From positions 41,790,001 to 41,854,000 of the forward strand of contig NC_087437.1 in NCBI RefSeq assembly GCF_036321535.1: a DNA stretch of 64,000 nt, read 5' to 3'. Within the stretch, counting starts at the first letter, position 1. The number at the start of each line of letters is the position of its first letter. Both the position numbers and the translations under genes were made by a program. Positions 51,075-63,345 of the stretch are shown in pieces. The notes beneath the pieces are model-generated. The model was not told the origin of the DNA, did not search any database, and saw only the letters and a list, made by a program, of their open reading frames with translations. The DNA comes from Camelus dromedarius (Eukaryota).

Positions 51075-52295
51075 TACTATGGTATAACACATATACCATA
51101 AAATATCCCAATGTAAATGTACAGTTTAATGTTTCTAATGAATTTATGTAATTGTGCAACCATCACTACAAAATCCAACTTTAGAATACTTCCATCATGC
51201 CAAAATGTTTCCTTATGGCCATTTAGTCAATTCCTTCTTCCATCTCAGCACCTGGCAACCACAGATCTGCTTTCTGATTGTAGATTTGCCTTTTCTGAAA
51301 ATTTCATATAAATAGAATCAGATAATATACGGTCTTTTGTTTCTAGCTTTATTTGCTAAGCTTAATGTTTTTGAGGTTGTATTAGTTTCCTGAGGTGATA
51401 ACAAATTACCACAAACTGGGTAGCTTAAAACAACAGAAATTTATTGTCTCATAGTTCTGAAGGCCAGAGTCCAAAATCAAGATGTTGGCAGTGTTACATT
51501 CCCTCTGGAGGGTTCCAAGGAGAATCTAGCTTGCCTCTTCCTACTTCTGGTGGCTGTCAGCATTCCCTGTCATTCTTGGCTTATGGCCACATCATTGCAG
51601 TCTCTGCCTCTGTTGTTAATAGCCTTCTTCTGTGTATGTCTTTGTCTTTTCCTCTTCTCTCTCTCAAATCTCCTCTGCCTTTCTTTTAAGGACAATTGTC
51701 ACTGAATTTAGGGCCCACCTGAATAAACAAGGATCATCTCTTCATCCCAAGATTCTTAACTGAATTACATCTGTAAAGAACTTTTTTCCAAATAGGGTAA
51801 AACTTACAGGTTCCAGAAACAAAGACATAAACAATCTTTTGGGACCACCCTCCAGTCCACTACAGAGGTTCTTCCATATGGCAGCATGCATTCGTGCTTT
51901 GTTTCTTTTCATTACCAAATATCATTCCATTGTATGGATATGCCACATTTTTTATCCATGTTTTAGCTGATGGATATTTAGGCTGTGTCTCCTTTTTGGC
52001 TATTATGCTGCTATGAACATCCATGTGCAAGTTCTTGTGTTTTCGTTTCTCATCAGTATTTATCTGGGAGTAGAGCTGCTGAGTCACATAATTGCTGTGT
52101 TTAACCTTTTTGGACACTGACAAATTGTTTTCTCAGGTGACTATACTATCTTACATGCCCCATCAACAATGTATGAGGTTCCAGTATCTCTATTTCCTCT
52201 CCAACACTTGATATCAGTGGTCTTTTTATATTACAGTCATTTTAGTGGGTCCTAAAGTGGTATCTCATTTTTGTGGCTTTAATTTGCATATTTCC
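51075..52295 (-). mobile_element. L1MB-type 3' end interrupted by an MLT1 LTR
   Basis: tgtacagtttaatg...ttgtgcaaccatcactac...cctggcaaccacagatctgctttctg. Resumes after the LTR with ttccattgtatggatatgccacatttt. Confidence 0.9.
51378..51864 (-). mobile_element. MLT1B/C-like MaLR solo LTR with a perfect 5-bp TSD
   Basis: Ends tgtattagtttcc and gtccactaca. TSD GAGGT at 51373-51377 and 51865-51869. Confidence 0.93.
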
Positions 52296-52299
52296 TCGC

Positions 52300-53330
52300 T
52301 CTGTCCTTGTAGAGAGCCTGGGAGCAGTCATATCTCAATAGCAATAAGCATACCTAGTTTCCAGATCTTGGCTTCTAAATAGATTTTCTTTTAAAGTAAT
52401 CTGAGCCTTCTTAGGGAAATGTCTGATTTCAAGACCAAAGCAGGGAAAGTTAAAAACAAGCCTGGAACATCTTGCTGTGACAGAAAGTAAGGACATGATC
52501 ACAGAAAGATAGGGTTCTATCAAAAGGACGTAGAAGAAAGATTGTAGATGTTCCCACTGGCAGCAGTATAGAACAATTTGATCATCAAAATAAATAATAA
52601 TAAATAATAGTAAAGTAATGTAGCCCATTGAATAAAATAGGAATCCTTTAGTCCACACTGATATAAATAAATAAATAAACAAACAAACTATTTATTTATT
52701 TATTTCCTCCTTATGATAGAATGCCAACCAACAAATACAGAATAATGGAATTGGAAATGGAAATTCTCCATTTAACAGTTAGCATAGATATAAACAACTT
52801 AAACAGAAACATTGCAAGAAATTAGTGAGTAAAAGTTGGACAGGGATATATATATATTTACTGGTGTCAAAGTATCTTCCCACAAAAATACTTATTAATT
52901 ACAAAGAGAAAAAGAAATTTTATAGTGGAGAAACCTGGACGATGCCACCTTACTCCATTGAGCAAATCCAGGCATCGGGCAAATCGAAATTGAATGCCAC
53001 TCAAGGGTATGTAACACTTCACATTGGTCTATGCAACTTCTTCACATTATTGAGAAAACGCATTACATGAGCCCAAACTGGGGATGTCTACAAAATAACT
53101 GACCTGTGATCTTTTGAAATGATAAGGTCATGAGAGTCAAGGGAGGGCTGAGGACCTGTTCCCAGAGACTAGACAAACCTAGATGCAACACATGACCCTG
53201 AATGGATCCTTTTCCTATAAAGAACGCTCCTGGGAGAACTGGCAAAACTTAAAGGGTGTATGGAAGTTCTTCGTACTGTTCTTGCACTGTTCAGTGAGTT
53301 TGACATGATTTCAAATGAAAAAGGATAAAA
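52300..53330 (+). mobile_element. L1MC4-like 3' end
   Basis: gcaataagcatacctagtttccagatcttggcttctaaata...agcctggaacatcttg...gtccacactgatataaataaa...caaagtatcttcccacaaaatacttattaattacaaag. Confidence 0.8.
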
Positions 53331-53339
53331 ATTATGTTG

Positions 53340-56300
53340 TTAGAGTGTACCGTTGAAATAAATCCTATTTGGTAACATGGATTATGATTTGATACTCTCT
53401 TTATTAGGTTTTGTTATTAAAATTCTCCTGGCTTCATCAAATGAATTGAGGTGCTTTCTATTTTTCCTAAGATCTTGCAATTATTCAATTATTTACTTTA
53501 TAATTTTGCTAGAATTCAGATATGAAGAAATTTGATTCTGCTGCCTTTGTAAAATACTAGATCTTTAATCACTTAAAAAAAATTCTTCTACAGTGGTTTA
53601 TTCAAATTTCCTGTCTTTACTTGGGTTAATTGTTATACATATTGTTTGCTAGGAAATCATGTAGGTTTCAGAATTCAGATTTATTATAAATTTGCACATA
53701 TGTGTTCTTTTATTTATTTTCTTCTCTTTGGTATTTGTCTTTACATATTCTTTCTCATTCACAATCTTACATATATTTTGTTCTCTCTGTTTTCCTTAAT
53801 GTCAAATAAAAATGACATTCTCCTTTTGTAAATCAAATCAAAATCAAATGATGTGATTTTGAGCTTTTTAATTTTTATAAGCTATTTTTTGTTTTCTATT
53901 TCTTTAATCTTAAGTTTTATCTCTCAATTCCTTCTTCCTATTTTGTTTTTGTTCTTTTTCTAATTGATGTAAATGATTATAAAGCTTCTATATTTTAACA
54001 TCTTTATTTTTTAATAATAAGGAATTTAAGGTTATACTTTTTTTCTGTGAATGTGGCTTTTACCAAATACTATAAGCTTTGGCAGGAAATTTTTTTTCAT
54101 TGCTTTCTAGATAGTGTTAAATTTTTCATTGCTTTTTTGACAGTTTTTAACTTTTTCTTTGAATTCAAAAGAAAGCTTGATATGTAATTCTTGATTCCAG
54201 TGTAAAGTTTTTGTATCCTTTTTATTTATATCTAAATTTACTGGATTATAATCAGAAAATCATAATAAAAAATACGTAAGTAGTTTTTAGAAATCTTCCA
54301 CGGAATATTAAAAAAAGGAATTTCTATATTTGAGGAACTGAAAGTTCTCTCTAAATCTCTATACAGTTGGTTCTCATTATTCACAGTAGTTATGTCCTCT
54401 AAAGACACTGTGAGACTGAACCTTTGCTCCTCGGAGAGATACAGGGGTTAGGTTCCTGTGAACCTCTGGTTACATTTTTGTCAACCAATCAATACATAAC
54501 TGTCCTTTATGTGTGCTTCTGTTTAAAGGCACCTTATTTAATATATACTGGTGATTCATTAACATTGAATCCACAGTCAACATCACAGTAACTCATGCCT
54601 GGATGAAGTTTATCCACCATATATGTTTTCTCCATAAGGCACATCACAGCCTTCTTGTGCTTAGGAACCTAGATGGCACTTCAGAACTTGGGGGCCATTT
54701 TAAACAGTGAAGTCACCAACAAAATGCACAAAAAAATGCCAAAACCTGACACTGAATAGACTGGGAAAAGGACACTTGTCTATAATATGAGAGCTGAAAC
54801 AAGAAGGCAGAATGACTGCTCATTTGACCTCAAGTTTTTCACCATCCTGCACATGTCTGTGACTGCAAAAGTGCCAAAAGTATTGACACAGGGGTTACAG
54901 ACACATTTTAGCAAGGGGGCAAATTCACAAATATAGAATCTACAAATAATGAGAATGATCATATTTATATAAACAAGCTTTGTGATTGTATTATTTGATT
55001 CCTCTATGTCTTTTTCTGTCTATCTACCTACATTCATTTGTCTATCAGAATTGGCTAATCCTGATATTCATGTCCTTTACTATAATATTTTGTTTAACAG
55101 TTGCATTTCTAATAATTTTAAAAAAATGTTTAGCTGCTGTGTTGCTTCACATAGACACTTAGGACTGTTTTATTTTCTTCATAAATTTTACTTTTTATCG
55201 TTACGTGGTGTCCCTCTTTTTTCTGTTTAAAGATTTTTTTTTAACATTTTGTTTAGAGATTTTAAACTTAAAGTCCATGTTCCATGGTATTAATAGCACC
55301 ACACCTGCTTTAAGATTTTGCTCTCCTTTTACATTTTATTAATTTTTATGTGTTTTCCCACCTCTCCTATAAAATCAAACAGATATTTCCCTAGTATTAC
55401 ATAAAAAGAAGATGCCAACTCTTTCCCTGCTGAGACGTTTCATTATTCCACTGTTGCTCCCCACCCATGGTATTCAACGTGAAGAAGACTTCGGTTGCAA
55501 TTTCCTCCTTACTCTCCTCCCAAGAGATGAAGCCTTTGGAATATTGGAATATTTTTGCTTCCTTCTTTTTCATGCCTTTTCATTTCTTTAGTTTTCCTGA
55601 GGTGGTTTATTTCTTTAAATTCCAGATTACTATTAGACATTTCCTTTTTAATACACTTCTCTATTTCTAGGATCTGTATTTAGTTACACATTCCCAGTAT
55701 ATCACTGTTCACTTATTTTTAATCAAACATCATAAGTTTGTTGCTCACTATGGCTATCTCTCCTCTTTAGGTTTCTATTTTGTTTGTTTTTAATTAATAA
55801 GATCTTTCTCTAGTATTTTTCCCAGATGAGTAATGAGATGTGTGACTTCTCTGAATCCTTACATATCTGCAAACACCTTTCTTGTACCCTAACAGGTGAA
55901 ATAAATTTTTAAGTTGGCAATGTATTCCATTGTCTTCTAGCTTCCAGTGTTGTAAAGGAGAATTTCATGATAGTCTAATCTTTTCCTTTATAAATAACTT
56001 ACAAGCTTCTATACAGAAATAATATTTTGTATTATTAATTTATATATTAATTTATCTTTGGAGTTCAAATTTTTTGCCCAGGTTATGTCTTGTCATATGT
56101 ATATATATTGTCATATATGTATATACACACACATACATATATACACGCCCATATAAATATAATATATACACATAAATACATCTAGATAGATACATGTGTA
56201 TGTATTTATAGCTAATTATCTATATATGATGAGAAAAGATCTATATCTATCTCTATGCCTGAAACTTGATATCCTTTCTTCAATCCAGGGAAATATTTTT

Positions 56301-56640
56301 TTGTCTGTATGCTTCATTTTGTTTTATTTAAATATCCTCTCCTACATGTGCACCATCTTCTTTTTCTGGAACTCCAGATAGTCTCATGTCAGTGTCCTGA
56401 AACCTCTTCCATCTCTGGACTCATGAACTACATTTTTTCCCTGTGAGCTTTGTAATATTCTTGCATCCAGTTTCCAGGCTACTAGTTGAGTTTCAACAAA
56501 AACCATTTTCTTCACTAATGAATTTTAAATTTAAAAATCATGTTTTTGTTGTTGCTGCTTTTAAATCCAGGAAGTCTATTTTGTGTAGCCCTTGTGTCTG
56601 GTTAGGTACTTCTGTTATCCTTTCTGTCCAAGTTTAAGCT
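53340..56640 (-). mobile_element. Very old, degraded L1 (L1ME/L1M5-like) body, split by MER82
   Basis: T-rich strand with ggcttcatcaaatgaattg, ttccattgtcttctagcttccagtgttg and gatattcatgtcc. Heavily diverged. Confidence 0.55.
54364..54961 (-). mobile_element. MER82 (TcMar-Tigger) element
   Basis: ta|cagttggttctcattattc at the left end, gcaaattcacaaatatagaatctacaaataatgagaatgatca|ta at the right end, and internal gatacaggggttaggttcctgtgaacctctgg. Confidence 0.85.
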
Positions 56641-57666
56641 GTGTTCCCTGTCCTACAGCAACTCTAATTCTTAGGAAGCCTCTTCTGAATGCTCAGCTTG
56701 TTCCTCTCTCTGGCTGCTTGGTCTTGAGTGATCTGCTCATCAGAGCTCAGCTCCAGCTGCTGGTATATGTCAAGCAGTGACAGTTCAGTGAATGGTGGCC
56801 TGCCTGGAAGTCTCTAGCCGTGAGGACTCACATGGTGACATCAGGCAGACTGTCAGGGCCCTTTAAGGCAGCAGGAGGAAGGCTGTCTGTGCTTTATCTT
56901 CTCATGCTCTCCCAGGAGAGGGATGACTCAGGCTACCTCTTTAGCCACACCCGAGGGCCAGGAAGAACATGCACACTTCCCTGGGTGGAGGGCAATCTCC
57001 CATGCCTAACTTCACCCATTTTGTTCTTTTGCTTATGTCTATTTTCTTATTTTTCTATATATATTTGTATTTTTTTGAGAAAATAATTTAATCTGAAATG
57101 TCACTGCCCTCTTCTTTCTGCTTCTAAGTTCCTTTATTCCTTAAGATAAGGAAAGACTATCCTAGAACTCCTCTGTTACCAGTTTACATTTAGTGAAATT
57201 AAGGAGGGGAGAAAAGCTCCTGGGGAAGAAGAGGTTCTATTTGATATGAGGGGATATCACTTAATAACTGAGAAATGTCTAATTTACCTTAAACCTCAGG
57301 AATATATGCTTTAACATCTACATTAAAGAAAGATGGGAAGCAGAATTTGATCCCAGAATGCACCTAAAATTCATGTAAGGGCCTGTTTCTAGAAGAAAAC
57401 ATGAAAATGATTATTCCCATGTTTACAAGTCTTGTTTTTAATATATGAATTAACATTTTAAATTGACTTTTGGAAAAAGTGAAGCACAGCTACGTTGTTT
57501 TGCTAGACTGTGGTCCTACCTACAGTTCTGTTGGGAACATCAAGTTCTGTAGCCTCCAAGCAGTACTGGGCCCTTACAGAAAATATACATTATTTTTCTT
57601 TCTTTCTTTTTTATTTTTACTTTACTTTTTTACTGAGGTAAAATAAAAACATAAAATCGCGTGTTT

Positions 57667-57830
57667 GGGGGAGGGTATAGCTCAGTGGTAGAGGGCATGC
57701 CTAGCATGCACAAGATCCTGGGTTCAATCCCCAGTATCTCCATTAAAAAAGTAAATAAATAAACCTAATTACCTCCTCCCAAATTAATTAATTAATTAAT
57801 TAAAGGTGTGAAATTGTAAAAAAAAAAAAC
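57667..57830 (+). mobile_element. Camelid tRNA-derived SINE
   Basis: gggggagggtatagctcagtggtagag...cctgggttcaatccccagtatctcc...aaacctaattacctcc, then (TTAA)n and an A tail. Confidence 0.95.
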
Positions 57831-57864
57831 TCAAATAATATCACACATTTTATGTTTTTATTTT

Positions 57865-58430
57865 ACATAAAACACAACATAAAATCAATCATTTTAAAGT
57901 GAACAATTTAGTGGCAGTAAGTTATCTCTCAGTGTTATGTAACAACCACCTCCACAAAGTTCCAAAACATTTTCATCACCCCAAAAGAAAACTCTGTATC
58001 CATTAAGCAGTTGTTGCTAACTCTCTCCTTTCCTCAGCCTTTGGCAACAACCAATCTGCTTTCTGTCTCTATAGAGTTACCTGTTCTGGATACTTCACAT
58101 AAATGGAATGATACAGTATGTGACTTTGTGTCTGCTTTCTTTCACTTAACATGTTTTCAAGATTCATCCATGTTGTGGCACATATCAGTACTTTATTTCT
58201 TTTTATGGCTAAATAGTATCCCATTCTATGTATATAGCACAAATTGTTCATCCATTCATCCATTGCTGAACATTTTGATTGTTTCTACCCTTGGGCTATT
58301 GAAAATGGTGCTGCTATGAAAAAATGTGTACAAGTGTTTGTTTGAGTATCTGTTTTCAATATTTTTGGGTATCTAGAAGTGGAATTGCTGGATCATATGT
58401 TAAGTCTTTATTTGACTTTTTGAGGAATTC
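57865..58430 (-). mobile_element. L1MB3/4-like 3' end
   Basis: cattttaaagtgaacaatttagtggca...ccaaaacattttcatcaccccaaaagaaa...agtggaattgctggatcatatg. Minus ORF MDEWMNNLCYIHRMGYYLAIKRN is the ORF2p tail. Confidence 0.92.
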
Positions 58431-59125
58431 TATTTGATTTTTTTTTTCACTTAACTAGCATGTGGCACTTAACCTGTTTATTTCTATTAGATCAGTGAAT
58501 TAACAGTCAGTCATATAGTACTATTAGGAAAATAATTATACATGTTCCTCACCACAGTTCAGCTTGTGGAGCATTTTCTCTTCCCTCATTTTCCCTAAAA
58601 CTGCTTAATAAAGAAGTAAGGATACTAAGAAACCCTGCTGTTCCAAAGTACATTTTAGAAGCCAGATCTTCCAGTATAGAACTGGGAAACTTGCTGATAA
58701 TCAGCAAGAGACTGACAAACACTTGAGCTACAAATTCTCACATTGTATTAATTATCTAATAATTCCAGGTGGGGAGGGGAGGGGTAGTGAAGCAAATAGA
58801 ATAAGGAAATGTATGCAGTTTTCATGAAATGTTAAAACTGAATCCTTGAAATCCAGATAGCACCAGTTAATTTTTAATCCATACTCTGAAATCTAAACAT
58901 AAGTGGACGAATCTTACAGAGCATGGTTTTTAAGGAGAACACCCTTTTAAAATATTTTTAACCCTTTTTAAACATTTTTCAGAAGTACACACACATACGC
59001 ATTAATATATACACATGCTCAGGCTGTTTTTCTTTTTAAGAGAGGACCAGCAGTCTTAAGACAACTTGGTTTATTTTAGAAGCATAACTTTGATATTCTA
59101 TTTCAATTTCCATTTTCTCCTCTTT

Positions 59126-59144
59126 CGCTCGCACTCGCGCGCGC

Positions 59145-59181
<37 letters not shown>

Positions 59182-59182
59182 C
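59126..59182. repeat. (CG)5 run fused to a (TC)n microsatellite
   Basis: cgctcgcactcgcgcgcgcgttctttctctctc... Confidence 0.9.
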
Positions 59183-60383
59183 AGTTGTTTTGAATGACAA
59201 AGAAGACACTTCGAGAGGGGTAAAGAGTGCTTCAGGGGAAACTCAGGGGATATAACCACCTAATTATGAATTTCCTGAATGTGCAATTTGACCAGCAGCA
59301 ACTGGACATGGTTAGTACAGTGGGCCTCACCTCCAGCTGTTCTACAAAAACAAATCAGTGAAGGGTTTCCAAGGCACGTTTTCCTTTGGACTTGTTTTAA
59401 GTTTTAACAATGCTAATAGTGCAATGTTGCTTTTTTTTTTTTTTTTTTTTGAAATAGGTGACAAATTGTCTGAAAAGAAGCAAGAGTTTCCTGCAACGAA
59501 AGAACTAGCCCATGGAGCATATACTTCTGCTTGAGGCAAATGCGTTTGAATCTGTGTAAGAAAATAAAAACTGCAAATCTGTCTCTTTATAGGTGGAACC
59601 AAAGCTAGAAATGTGTGCTCTGGAGGCAACTGTAAAATCATATTTCATTCTGGCATAGGGGCCAATGATTGTGTTGTGTGAGTAATGCATATATGTAATC
59701 CATGCGGTAAGCTTCGTGGACTGAGAAAAAGTCAGTGTTATTCACTGAGGTTTGGCAAGCAGGAACCATTCATTTAGAAAAATTTACATGGGCTGAAACA
59801 ATGTAAAAAATGTACTGTCCATTTTGTCAGCTTGTGAATATAGCAAAAACCACAGCACTCCCATCAGTACAAAGATACGGAGAAAAATCTCTTTTAGCCT
59901 GTTTTCTAGTTTATACTCATAGAAGAATGATTGCTCTCGTACAATAAGGGAATTTATGCTTAGTGCGTACTGTCTTTCACCAAATCAAGAGTCCAAATGA
60001 ACCAGAGACCCCAAAAAACTTTGACAATATTGTACACTAAAGGGAGAGCCCAGAGCTTCATGTATTTTATTGTCAGTGTGCTTTTAGCTACGGATTCTTG
60101 AATTTCAAAGCAATTGTAAAAATCTTCACTAAGTTCATAGCAGCATACATATTCTATGGTGGAAACAAACATGAAGATAAATGAACTTGGAGAACCCTGT
60201 TAATCTTTGTGAATAGCGAGATACTGTTTTGACATTAAATTTTTTTTTAATTCAAAGGCATTTTTTAAAATACTCTTTAGGTCATAAAAGGGGCTCAAAA
60301 GTAATCTAGAGCAGGCCAGGGAAGAGGGTCTGGGCAATTGGTGAGTGAAATTGGAAGTGAGAGTGGACAGTATTCAAAACGTC

Positions 60384-60519
60384 TTTTTGTTTGTTTGGAG
60401 GGTGGGGTTAGGTAATTAGGTTTATTATGTTTTTTTTTTTTTTATTGGAGATACTGGGAATTGAACGAAGAACATCGTGCATGCTAAGCACTCTACCACT
60501 GAACTATACCCTACCACCC
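60384..60519 (-). mobile_element. Camelid tRNA-derived SINE
   Basis: ggtaattaggtttatt...ggagatactgggaattgaac...gtgcatgctaagcactctaccactgaactataccc. Confidence 0.92.
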
Positions 60520-61879
60520 AAAAAAAAGGGTGTTGTCTTTTGACTTCAGTTTCTAAAAGCTTTACAAACTGACCTCTGATGTTTCAAACTCATCTTTCAC
60601 ACTGCTTCCTCTAATGTCTTTTTATCAGTCTTATCTGCCATGTCAATTTAATGGCTCTAAAATTCCTGAGAGGGGAATTTCCATTTCCACCTATATAGAA
60701 TTAACTGCTAACAGGAATTTCCTTCCCACCATAAAACAGCTAGAAAATCATGCAAAATATATGAAATAGCAACTTTCAGACACTGGACCAACTGGATCCC
60801 TGAAAGAATCCCTGTGGTTAGCCCAGATTGCTGCCTTGAGAAAGGCCCTGCACAGGGAGAAGGACCCCAGCATCTTGCTGAGCTGAGGAGACAGGTCAGT
60901 TTGGGGAGGCCAAGCAGCTATACTCTTAAGAGCAGAATTCAAGAGAGAGAGAGTGCTAAGCAGAGAAAGAGACTCAGAAATCTGCATAGGAGTCCCTTTG
61001 AGTTTTTGTTGAATAGCCACCTGTGTATGCATAAGGTGGAACCTCTTATTGTTGGACATGAAAAATCTTCTGTGGAAAGAAAGACTAATTACTGAGAAGC
61101 TGTAAGGTGAACAATTCCCAGAAATCACATTAATGTTTGACCAAAAAATGTTTGAATTCCCTCCATCCAAGTGGAGAAATCTGGTTGAATACTGAACCAT
61201 TTAGCAGAGATCTGAGAAGGGCCATGCCTTAGAAGTGAGGCTAAATTAACTTGAGAATTAAGATTATTCTTGAAGCTCCCTAAAAAAGTTTAAAAACAAA
61301 CCTCAATATAATAAAAGCTAACTGCAAGTAACCTCACTGCTTGCCAGAAAAAGTCTAGCGTTCTTTAAAGGAACACAATAAAATTTAGTACTAAATAATT
61401 CAAAAAATTCAAAATCGTCTTTATCTAATTAAAAAAAAAAAAAAACCAGACATACAAGGAGATAGAAAAATGTGACACATAACTAAGTGAAAAAAATAGT
61501 AAATTGAAACAAATTCTTAAATAACAGTAATGGAATTAGCAGACATATATGCTAAAATACCTATTATAAATATGCGCTGTGTGTTCACAAATATATAATA
61601 CAACATACACATAGGAAGTAAGAAAGGAAAGATATGAATAAAGTCTCAAATAAAACTTATAGAGATGAAAAATATGATATTTTAAATAAAATTTATCCTG
61701 AAGAAGTGAAAAAAGGAAGAAAGAACAGTGAGGCAAATAGAAAAGCAAAAGCAAAATGGTAGATTTATACCCAACTATATAAATAATTACATTAAAATTA
61801 AATGGCCCAAACATTTCAAATAAAAATCAGAGATTGTAGGACAGAATAAAAAAGTAAAACCCACCTGATTTTTTAAAAT

Positions 61880-62320
61880 CTGGTGTGTGTATATATATAT
61901 GCCATGTAGTATTATTTAGCTATAAAAAAGAATGAAATTCTGGTGCATGCTATAATATGGTTGAACCATGAAAACATTATGCTAAGTGAAAAAAGCCAAC
62001 ACAAAAGAACAGAAGTTCTACTTATATGAGGGACCTAAAATAGATAAATTCATAAAGACAAAAGTAGAATAGAAGTTACCAGGGGTGCTGTGTTGACAGG
62101 AGTGAGAAGCTATTGTTTTATAGATGCTACAGAATTTGTTTGGATTTGATTTTAAAATTCTGGAAATGGATAGTGATGTGGTTGCAAAACAATATGAATG
62201 TAGTTGGTGCCCTGAAATGTACACTTCCAAACAGTAAAAATGGTAAATTCTATGTTGTGTACATTTTACTATATAATATCATAACATAACATTTTTATGT
62301 TATTTATATTTCACATTAAA
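61880..62320 (+). mobile_element. L1MB 3' end nested in the older L1
   Basis: tattatttagctataaaaaagaatgaaattctggtgcatgctataatatggttgaaccatgaaaacattatgctaagtgaaa...aaaatggtaaattctatgttg. Confidence 0.88.
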
Positions 62321-62634
62321 AATGGGGAAAAGGCCCAACTATATTCCACCTATTTATAAGCTCATTTTAAATATAAAGACAGATAATTTTAAATAAAATA
62401 GTAATAAAACAATATACTATGAAAACACTAAAGATAGTTGAAATGGTTCTATTTCTATCAGATGAATTTGAATTCAGAACAAGGGAGAAAGAATACTTCA
62501 TAATTATAATGAGTTCAATTCATTAGGAAGACATAACAATCTTAAATATTCATTCACTTAAAAACAGAGATTCAAAATATATGAAGCAAAAATTGATAAA
62601 ATGGAAAGGAAAAACAAACAAATCTTTAATTACA

Positions 62635-62785
62635 CAGTCTTACAGAGATATTGTAGATTTGGTTCCAGACCCCACAAGAAAGTAAATATTGCAATAAAAC
62701 AAGTCACACAGATTTTTTGGTTTCCCAGTGTGTATAAAATTTATCTTTATACTATACTGTAGTCTGTTAAGTGTGCAAAAGCTTT
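62635..62785 (-). mobile_element. Tigger1 terminal fragment
   Basis: gagatattgtagatttggttccagacc...gcaataaaacaagtcacacagattttttggtttcccagtg...actatactgtagtctgttaagtgtgcaa. Confidence 0.85.
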
Positions 62786-63345
62786 CAAGACTCATCCAGG
62801 TTGTAGCATATATCAGTTCTTAATTCGTTTTTACAAGGGTCACTGTATGGATATACAGTTGACCCTTGAACAAAGCAAGGATTAATCTGCATATAATTTA
62901 TAGTTGACCCTGCTTATCTGTGGTTCCTTCACATCCACAGATTCGACCAACCACAGACCAAGTGGTACTGTAATATTTACTGCTGAAAAATGTCTCCATA
63001 GAAGTGGATCCATGCAGTTCAATCTCGTGTTGTTCAAAGGTCAGCTGTACCACATTTTGCTTATCTATTTATAAGTTGATGAACATATGGGTTGTTTCCA
63101 CTTTTTGGACTAACACTGCTATGATCGTTCATGTACAGGTTTTCACGTAGACATGTGTTTTCATTTGTTTTGAGTGTATACTGAGAATAGAATTGCTGGC
63201 TCATAGGATAACTCTGTTTAACTTTCCGAGGAACTGCCAAACTGTTTTCCAAAGTGGCTGTCTGTTGTACATTCCCCTCAGCAATGCGTGAGTGTTCCAC
63301 TTTCTCCACATCTTCATTGACTCCTGTTGCTATCTGTCTTTTTGA
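62786..63345 (-). mobile_element. L1MB fragment in reverse orientation
   Basis: ttcaagactcatccaggttgtagcata...gaggaactgccaaactgttttccaaagtggctg...cagcaatgcgtgagtgttccactttctccacatc. Confidence 0.88.
62856..63047. mobile_element. Tigger2-derived MITE (Tigger2a-like) with TA TSD
   Basis: TIRs cagttgacccttgaacaa and ttgttcaaaggtcagctg (16/18 complementary), with TA on both sides. Removing it restores the L1 phrase ctgtatggatataccacattttg. Confidence 0.92.
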
